From Octopus sinensis (lineage: Eukaryota): 64,000 nucleotides of DNA. A program made the position numbers and the translations under genes. Where the stretch lies: assembly GCF_006345805.1 (NCBI RefSeq), contig NC_043010.1:1922001-1986000 (forward strand), in the 5' to 3' direction. Below, in pieces: positions 54,447 to 64,000 of the stretch (within the stretch, counting starts at the first letter, position 1; every line of letters begins with the position of its first letter). The notes under the pieces were generated by a model. That model ran no database searches. It had not been told where the DNA came from and worked only from the letters and a program-made list of their open reading frames with translations.

Positions 54447-54834
54447 ATTTATATCATTTACATTTGACGGATATTTGTCCTCATCTTCTTTGTTGTTAAC
54501 ACAATGTTTCGGTTGATACACCTTGCAGCCTTCATCAAGTGTCTTGGGGAAATTTTGAATCTGGGTTCTCATTCCTAAGTTATTTTTCGATGTTATTATT
54601 ATTACTACTATTCAGGTCACTGCTTGGAATCAAACTCGGAATCTTGGAGTTAGTAGCCAGTGCTCTTAACCACTATGCCATATGCCCGTGGGCATATGAC
54701 GTAGTGGTTAAGACACCTGATGAAGGCTGGAGGGTATATCAGCCGAAACATTGCATTAACAACAAACAAGATGAGGACAAATATCCCTCAAATGTAAATA
54801 ATGTAAATAATTCCTCATCTCTTAAATATAGAAC
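54447..54834. mobile_element. Head-to-head inverted dimer of a tRNA-headed element with a Penelope-type hammerhead tail
   Basis: Inverted arms ~54457-54545 and 54710-54798; tRNA-like head on the minus strand 54611-54687; central 24-bp fold-back; direct repeat tggaactgtttt at 54435-46 and 54835-46. Confidence 0.75.
54712..54757 (+). ncRNA. Minimal type I hammerhead ribozyme-like motif (decayed stem III and stem I)
   Basis: gacac-CTGATGA-a-GGCTG(gagggtatat)CAGCC-GAAA-CAT-T-gcatt. The inverted copy keeps gtgtt, which pairs with gacac. Confidence 0.55.
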
Positions 54835-55297
54835 TGGAACTGTTTTGTTTTGGTTTCGCAAAATTCCTATTCTTGACTGTTTTTCCAATCGCCATCTTCT
54901 GATGCATCTAGACACGTCATCAGCAATGATTCTTGCAGTCATTTCACTCCAGGCCTTTCAGCATCTAGCAACCTTACCCAAATGATGCATGTGGCTTAGT
55001 GGTTAGGGGTGTTGGGCTCATGATGGTAAGATTGTGCTTTCAATTCTTGGACCATGCAACATAGTGTTCTTGAACAAATCACTTAATAACACATTGCTCC
55101 AGTCCACTCAGGTGGCGAAAATGAGTCATCCTGTGGCACTCCAGCATCCCTTCCACTGAGGAAATATATGCACTATTGAAACTGGGAAACCCGTTCTATA
55201 AGTCTATATGGCTTATGAAGGATCGTTTGATCAGGCCCTAGCTTATAGCCAGTTAATACTACCTTTGGTGGCAATGCTCTTCCCAACACCTTCTAAA

Positions 55298-55611
55298 CTA
55301 CAACCACATTGAGGCAACTTCTAATGCTTCTACAGCCAATTTGATGATCTTCCACCTACTGGCTCCTCTGATAGCAAGCTTGTTGCAAGCGCTGTTGAGG
55401 GTCTGATCAGCAAATCCTTTGCATCCCTCCTCGATGATATTACATTTTGCTTGCCAACCATTGCTTTGGTATAGCTCCACCAGAATATTATATTTCCTCC
55501 CCTTATTCTCATTTGCCTCTTTGATGTGGTCTTTGCAAGGAGCTCAGTCAAAAACTCCTTTCTGTTTTGTGTACTCACTGAACACAGCTGTATATTAATA
55601 CAGCATCTCAT
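55298..55611 (-). mobile_element. HERO-like REL endonuclease fragment
   Basis: YQSNGWQAKCNIIEEGCKGFADQTL...AIRGASRWKII...EALEVASMWL resembles the EVGCRGF...AE-x-AS-x-WLW REL tail. Confidence 0.6.
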
Positions 55612-57229
55612 TCAATGTTATGGTGATCTAACCCAGTTTGATATTTTATATCTTCTCAATATCTGACTTTATAAGAACTGTTGTCTCAATCTTTTATTTT
55701 ATATTTTTGCTACAATAAATTTTGGTTGTTAGGGATCTAGCTTTGATTCATAGTCCAGAAATTTCTTTTTTTAATCACTTTTATTAAAATGATGCTCTTT
55801 TAGCAGTTTTCAATAGGATTATGCCAGGGATTGAAACATATTTTGCTCTATGGAAAGATCACTGTATCAACATAGTCATTAAGGCATCAAACAAAATACT
55901 TTGCAATATTTATTTTGTTTCTTTACATACTGGAATCAAATTCAAATCTTGCCAGGGTGAACTTTGCCTTTCATTCTTTTGGTGGTTGTTAAAACAAAGT
56001 ACCAGTCTAGAATGCAGGGGTCAATGTAATTAACACCCACCAATATTTCTGGCCTCATACCTAAATTGGAAGCAATTATAATGGAATATAATTTCACTAG
56101 CAATACTGTCTATTACGAAGTGTCAATAAGTTTCGTTGCAACATACAACTTGGTCAAATTAACAGTTCCACTGCAAGGGAATTGGTAATTGCATCTGTAA
56201 CTTGTAAGTTGCAGAAATACAAAAGCAAAAAGGAAAACTTTTCCTGACAGTCATCATCATTTAATGTCTATTTCATTGAAGACACTTGCCCAAGACGCTA
56301 GGCAGTGAGACTGAACCTGAAACCACATGGCTGCAAAGCGAGCTTCTTATCCACGCCTATGCCTATAATATTGGTTTCAACTTTTGACACAAAGCCAGCA
56401 GTTTGTGGGGAACTGGAAGTCATTTTTTTATCGATCCTGAAAGGATGAAAGGCAAAGTCAGCCTCACTACAATTTGAGAAAAGCAGAACCAAAAGCAGGA
56501 CGAAATGCTGCTAAGCAGTTTTGCCAGTGCAGTACCGATTCTGTCTGCTTGTTTATGCTTATAATACTAACAGCAGTTTAGAAAATGCTCAGAGAGCTAT
56601 TGCTTCTGCTAGTAACATAAGGATACTCTCTCCTAGGGTAACGTAGATTATATAATACTTGTGTGCAAAGTCTGATGTTGCTTTGTAGAGAAACATGGAC
56701 ACGAATGTGGAAGATGTCTAGAAGGTTGGAAGGAAATGAAACCCATTTGGATGTGTAATATTAGTGTGCATGAATGGGGTATGAGTTGTTTTGGCTCAGC
56801 ATATATGGCATCAATGATTTGATGATGACTTATTTGACATTGGACATTTTAATGTTTCTCTCATTCTCCCCCATTCTCTTTCTCTCTCTCTCCTTTCTGT
56901 TTATGTGTGTGAGGATATTTCACTTTATGCATATGAGGAAATGCAAAGTATTTATGTCAAGTAATAAATAATGATCTCTCTCTCTCTCTCTCTCTCTCCC
57001 CTATTTTATCTTTTACTTGTTTCAGTCATTTGACGGCAACCATGCTGGAGCACTACCTTGAAGGGTTTCAGCCAAACAATTTGATATGCCAGGACTATTT
57101 TTTCTTAAACCGGGTACTTCTTCTATTGGTCTCTTTATACTGAACTGCTAAGTTATGGGGATGTAAAAGCACAAATCCTGGTTGTTAAGCAGTGGTGGTG
57201 GAAAAAGTCTATAAACACACACACACACA

Positions 57230-57264
<35 letters not shown>

Positions 57265-58329
57265 CAGGCTTCTTTCAGTTTCCATCTACCAAGTCCACTT
57301 GCAAATCTCTGGTTAGCCTGAAGCTATAGTAGAAAACACTTGTCCAGGGTGCCATACAATGGGACTGAACCCAGAACCATGTGGTTAGGAAGCAAGCTTC
57401 TTACCACACAGCTACACCTTATTTGTATATATTTTTGCATGCACATGTGTGTGTGTGTTTGTGTGACTGCTTCTAGTTCCAGAAAGCACTGTTGCCAAGA
57501 GATACTGTACATTCAGCCAGCCATGCCAAATCATGAGTCTCTAGGCAGCTGCACCTAATTGTCTCATTCCAGCCTGAAAGATTGAACACAAACGTGCTCC
57601 AAGAAAAACTGGAAATCAGTGGAATTGATGAAATACATATATTGCATAGAGGGGGAAAAACTACCTTGCTTGGCAACAGGTGGGGGTTGGCGTCAGGAAG
57701 GGCATCCGGCTGTAGAAAGCTTGCCACATAATTAGTGTTGTGCATATGTACATACATATTTGTAGGCGCAGGCATGGCTGTGTGGTTAGGAAGCTTGCTT
57801 CCCAGCTACATGATTTCAGGTTCAGTCCCACCACGTGGCGCTTTGAGCAAGTGTCTTCTGCTATAACCCCAGGCTGACCGAAGCTTTGTGATTGAATTTG
57901 GAAGGTGGAAGTTACTGCTGTGTGTGTATATGTGTGTGTGTGAGAGAGAGAGAGAGAGAGGAATATACAGGGGCCTAACCAACCCTTATCAGCTTGTGCC
58001 AGCTGCTGTTGAGATATCAAGTGGTCTTGAAACCTCTACTACCAAATTCCTGCCAGGTGGAGAGGCTGCTGCAGAAGATGTCACTAACCATTCTCCATAG
58101 CAATGCCATCATGGTCATTTCTGCAGACTACGGCTGAGCACGCTATTTGTTCTGGGGCGTGTGGCCCACCACTCCCTCCCTCTTCTGCTGCTTTACTCCC
58201 TTTTTTTTCTTTTCCTCTTGGTGTGGACATGTGTTGTATACAGAAGATGACTTTTGGGGAAAGAAGTGCCAAACATACAAACAAAATAGAATGAACTGAC
58301 AAACAAAGAAGACGAAAGAAGAAAATATA

Positions 58330-58440
58330 GGGAAAATGTGATGAAAGCTCATCTCAAGAGGCTGAAGATCACTAAGGATACGATAACGGACCGTAACAAG
58401 TGATAAGAAACTGTACCGGAGAAGACTCATGCTGCAACAC
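58330..58440 (+). mobile_element. RTE 3' end fragment
   Basis: ENVMKAHLKRLKITKDTITDRNK**ETVPEKT, homologous to the end of the 12.8-kb RTE. Confidence 0.55.
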
Positions 58441-58759
58441 GGGAAAATATGGAAAAGCAGACACAAAATAATAATGATGATAATGATTATGATGATGATA
58501 TTTCATACATATTCTTTCACACTTTGCATATATTTTCATCTCTTCTTCTTAACTATGAGCCTCATCCCATAATGTCTCACAACAGAATCACAACTACTAC
58601 CACAACCACTACCACAATTACCACTTCCACCACCAAAGCTAAATTTCAAGGATCTTTGTAAATATTTAACAATTTTTCTTCCCTTTAATTGTGCCATCTC
58701 CACTACCTCACTGCAATATATATATAAATATATAAATATATATGTGTGTATATATATAT

Positions 58760-58945
58760 ATATTTAATGTAGGGTAAAATTTTTTTCGAAAAAAAAATTT
58801 TATCAATGGCCAGCATATTAAAAAATACCTTTTAAGGGTAAAATTATAAACAACTTATAAATAAGGGCAAACGAAAAAATTTCTAACGCCAAATATGCCA
58901 GCATATTTGGCATTAGAAATTTTTCGTTTGCCCTTATTTATAAGT

Positions 58946-58948
<3 letters not shown>
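58760..58948. mobile_element. Insert in (TA)n ending in a ~99-bp palindrome
   Basis: Arms 58850-58898 and 58901-58948 with a 2-nt spacer, one mismatch and one 1-nt indel. Confidence 0.6.
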
Positions 58949-58984
<36 letters not shown>

Positions 58985-59649
58985 ATATAAATTCTCTTCC
59001 ATGGCTGGTCTGTCTCACGCCCCCTCTCTTTTTCTCTATCTCTCCTTGCTCTTATTTTCCCTCCTTTCTCTCCTAATTTTCAATTTCCCCAACTTGACTC
59101 CCACTTAGATATTTCCTTCCACGCCACCTACCTCTTAACCAAACATCCATAGTTCTATCACTTTTAGCTATTTTATTTTCAACCCTTTTTTTTTGTTTTT
59201 TTTTTTGTTTTGGTTCCCATGTTTCAACCCTCAGCCCTATCCCCAACCCAATCTACTTTCACAATTACTACAAATCTCATGTACCAACCAAGTACCCTGT
59301 CCTCCCCTCCGCCACCCACTCATTATCCCTTATATCTCTGATGGAGGAGTTGCATGTGTGTGATGGGGGGGATGGTGCTTTTTCTCTTGTAACAACAAAA
59401 GAAATACCCACAATTTCTTTTTTTCTTCTTTTTTCTTATGTGTGTGTGTGTGTGAATAACAGAACCACAACTAGAAGTTTACAACAAAAGCAGAACTGCA
59501 AAACTAATAACAGAAACATAGCCACAACAACATTAACAAAAATTAAAACCTTCAGCAAGAACATCAACCAAAATAATTTTTTAAAAAAAGTAATTATATA
59601 AATACAACCAAATCATGAAGGGAAAAGAAACGAGGCAGAGAATAAAGCA

Positions 59650-60800
59650 TTATTTTGAAACTGCTAACTTGATTAAAGCTAAGGCTGGTGATAGTTGGGG
59701 TGGTAGTGTAGTGTCAGTGGTAGTGTGGTGGTGGTGGTGGTAGTCTGGCTCTAGGGAGTGTGGTGTTAGTGTTGCAGTAGTGGAGTAGTGTTGCAGTAGT
59801 GGTAGTGTTGTGTTCGTTGTGGTAGTAGTGGTCATAGTCTAATGATGGTAGTGGTATGACAATGGTAGTGGTGATGGTGGTAGTGTATAATGGTGGTGGC
59901 ATGACAGTGGTTGTGGTGTGGTGGTAGTGTAGATGGTGGTAGTGGTAGTATATAATGGTGGTAGTATGATAGTTGTGGTTGTGATAGGGTTGTGGTGATG
60001 GTGGTGGTGTTGTTATTGATGGTAGTCATGGTAATAGTGGCAGGGGTTGTAGTATAGGCAGTAGTTCCGCGATAGCAGTGTTGTTATTGTTGGTGGTGGT
60101 GGTGGTGGTGGTTGTGATGCTGGTATAAGTGGTGGTGGCAATGGTAGAGTTGGTGGTATAGGTGGTGATGATGATGGTGGTGTGGGAAGGGGTGGGGGTT
60201 GATAGTGGTTGTGGTGGTGGAGGTGATAATCTTAGTACTAGCAGTTATTTTACCACCTCCACCACCCCTGCCCTTCTACTACCATATCAACAGCTTTCTG
60301 ACCACCACCAGAACAACCACCACTTCAAACTTCTAATCCTACTCTTGACCCCCTACCACCAACAGCCACCCTAACCTACATCTACTGTGACAGTCACTGC
60401 CTATTGCTAATATTACTACCACTAACAGCCACCACCTCTACTACAATTTCGACTACTAACCAGCACCACAACTCCTATCAACACTAACTACTACCACCAC
60501 CTTTACTACTACTATTAGCAACCACTTCCAGCACTACTCCTACTCACCTCCACTTCTATTAGTAGCTACCACCACTACAACTACTACTATTAGAAACAAA
60601 CCATCACTACTACTACAATTCTATGAGCCACCACCACCACTACTATTTACTATACTACTACTACCACCACCACCAACAACAACAACAACAACAATTACTA
60701 TTACTACTATTCCAACTCTAATCAACACCAATATTATTATCAATACAACTACAACCTTCTCCAAAACAACACCATCACCACCAGCAGCAACAACAACAAT
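59650..60800. repeat. (GGT/AGT)n block abutting an (ACC/ACT)n block
   Basis: Strand polarity of the triplet low-complexity sequence flips at ~60240. Confidence 0.85.
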
Positions 60801-61243
60801 ATGTCTTAAACAAGAACAACAAAAATGATTGCTTTTCTTTCTTTCATTTTGGTCCCACTGTCCCCTTATCCCAACCAACCAACCCCTACTTCATTCTATA
60901 TTCTGTCCAATCCATTTTACTCATCCACAAGATCTTGAAACTAAGAATGCTCTCCATTCAAAGGAATAGGTTTGTTTTGTTTAGGTTCTTTTTGTCGTTT
61001 TTTTTTTGTTTTATTACGTATGGTTTTTATTGTTTTGGTTTGTTTTATGCTTTTATATTTATTTAATTTGGGGGGGGGGGGGGGATTTTTGTTGCTTCTT
61101 CAATGGCAATTTAGTACTCTCTCAGTAGTGGTTGACAAAACATTCTGATTGGATGACTTTCAACACCAACAGAAGCTTCTCCATCTATTCTATATCAGAA
61201 TGGTATTTTCTTAAGCCTTGCTCTCTTTTTTTTTTAAATATAC

Positions 61244-61295
<52 letters not shown>

Positions 61296-62092
61296 TATTA
61301 TCATTATTCTTATTATTGTTATGGCTTTTTGTTTGGTTTGGTTTGTGGTTCTCCAGCTGACTGAGCATGGAGGAATCCTATTCAAAGTCATGAATTGATC
61401 TTGTTCTTTCTGAACCTTTATTCCATCTTTCAAAGAATCCAAATCCAGGGAAAAACAAAAAAACAAACAAATAAATAATTAAATAAATAAATAAAAATAA
61501 AACAAAAATAAAAATAAATTAGCAAATTAGAGAAGGGAAGAAAGGAGAAATAAATTTTTACACATTTAGCCGAGATACTTTGTTTGGGCCAAGTTGAACA
61601 TGAGTATAACAGTATAATTGGCTGAGATAGAAAGAGAATGTGGGTAGATACCATGAGTTCACTATGGTTGTATATGTGTGTATATATGAATGAATATATA
61701 TATATATATACACATATACATACATGTGTGTGTGTGTGTTATGTGCTTGTTTGTTGGAACAAGGAATCTAAATCACAAGAATGGAAACAGATTTATAAAG
61801 CTGTACATTAAATCAACAATAAAGATATATACACATACATATATATTTATACACATACATAAATATTTATCTATTTACCCATTAATGTATCTCCCTATAT
61901 ACCCACTCATACACACACACACACACTCACATTTATATCATCATCATCATCATCATTGATTGAATGTTCACTTTTCTATTCTTGCATGAGTCAGATGAAA
62001 TTCCATTACTTCTGTGGCTCAGTGCTCTTTCTGATGCCAACCCTCGTTGGTTTCCAAGTGAGTTAATATATCCCAAAATCTTACATAGATAA

Positions 62093-62135
<43 letters not shown>

Positions 62136-64000
62136 TCATTGAGTGCACAGGACTTAAAGTTTCCTTTGATTTTATTCCATCCAGCTGATGCGATAGCATT
62201 AAGAATAATCAGCTGAAGTACTCGGGCAGTTGCTTAAAGAATTCCAAAACTTATCACCATGCTTTTCCAGAATCCAATGATCTGTTTTATTTTTTCTACT
62301 TTCGATGACTGGAATAAGGATTTGAACTCAGTATGTCCACATCCAAAACAGATCTTTAATCTTTTACTTATTTCAGTCATTTTACTGCAGCCATGCTTGG
62401 GCACAGACTTGAAGAGTTTAATCCAGTACTAAACAAATTTACTCCAGTACTTTTTCATTTTTAAAGCCTGGGGCTTATTGTATCAGTCTCTCTTGCCGAA
62501 CTGCTACATTATGGGTATGTAAACAAACACACACTGATTGTCAAGCTGTGGTAGATACATACAAACATGCACACACATATCTTTTATCTTTTACTTCTTG
62601 GAAACAATACGTTGCTCTGAAGTTGAGAGCAATGCCCATGTGTTAGAAAGATCATATGATCTCCTCCATCTTTGCCAATGGGAGTGCTACATGTCTCTCC
62701 TTTTTTGCAACACATGTATATATACATACACACACTCACATGGAGAATGAGTTTCTTTCAGTTTTGTTCTACCAAATCTACTCACAAAGCCTTGATTGGT
62801 CCAAGGCTGTTACAGAATACACTTGCCCAAAGTGTCATGAGATGGGACTGCTGACCAAAGCCTCGTGAGTAGATTTGGTAGATGGAAACTGTAAGAAGAC
62901 CTTTATATGTATGTATGCTAATATATATATAAACAGGATCTCTTGAAATTATGGCAACTGAAGTTTCGCTGTGAAGCAAGCTTCTTCACAACTCCAGCCG
63001 CCACAATTCATCTTATTCAGCATGCTAACATTCAGCATACTAATCTACCATACTGGACTAGCACTTTATTTACCAAGCCCTAAAGGATGAAAGTCACAAG
63101 GGAGTAGATGAAAGTACATCATTGATAAGGCTGCAGGCTTTGACCAAAGTACTATGACAAACCAATTGATTGGTTGATCAATCAATGGATCACATCTTTA
63201 GTTAACAATTAAATTGATAATAAGAAATGAGATATGACTGGTGCAAATGTTTTAATTCTGTGCATCTGTTTCAAGACACACTTTTATATTTAAACAGATG
63301 TTTGCTTCCCAATCACATGGTCTAAGGTTCAGTCCCACTGTATGACAGCTTAGATAGGTGTTTTCTAATTTTTGATATAGCCTCAGGCTGACGAAAGCAA
63401 TTTGGGTGGATTTAAGTTGACAGAAACCAAAAGAAGCCTATTGTGTGCATGTGTGAAGGTATACTATATAGTATTTATGTGTGTGTGTGTGTGTGGTTAC
63501 CCATGCTAGCATGGAAAACGGATGCTAAACGATGATGATGATGATGATATATATATAAATCGAAAAGTGAAATCGAAATCGCTCAAAAACCAATGGAAAT
63601 TGTAGTTGTAATACCAGTGCTGGTGGCATGTAAAAGAACCATCCGAATGTGGCCGTTGCCAGCGCCGCCCTGACTGGCCTCCATGCCGGTGGCACGTAAA
63701 AAGCATCAACCGATCGTGGCCATTGCCAACCTCGCCTGGCACCTGTGCTGGTGGCACGTAAAAAGCACCCACTACACTCACGGAGTGGTTGGCGTTAGGA
63801 AGGGCATCCAGCTGTAGAAACACTGCCAGATCAGACTGGAGCTTGGCGCAGCCTTCTGGCTTCCCAGACCCCAGTCGAACCATCCAACCCATGCTAACAT
63901 GGAAAGCGGACGTTAAACGATGATGATGATGATGTAATATAGGCGTATAAAGGTTGAATTTGGATTCATCCTTCAATATATATAAGTTCAGCAAAATTTA

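Overview
Eukaryotic, AT-rich and extremely microsatellite-rich DNA. The SINE families and repeat landscape point to a coleoid cephalopod, most likely Octopus (inference). Almost all ORF-track entries are translations of (AT)n/(AC)n/(GATA)n/(GGT)n repeats or SINEs and are not genes. Supported content: dozens of tRNA-derived SINE copies from at least 4 families; a near full-length decayed DD37D (maT-type) Tc1/mariner and a second internally deleted one; remnants of RTE, HERO-like and R4/Dong-like non-LTR elements and a Ty3/gypsy integrase; hAT, piggyBac-like and Helentron-like non-autonomous elements; a young 1.08-kb element with 120-bp TIRs; and a 5'-truncated U6 snRNA copy. No host gene can be named, but several unique islands have good splice signals and open frames, mostly on the minus strand. 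The most interesting signal is a set of retro-inserts in or near (TA)n arrays. These include Penelope-type minimal hammerhead-ribozyme motifs (one in a tRNA-headed, head-to-head inverted dimer bounded by a 12-bp direct repeat), near-perfect fold-back palindromes and the U6 fragment.
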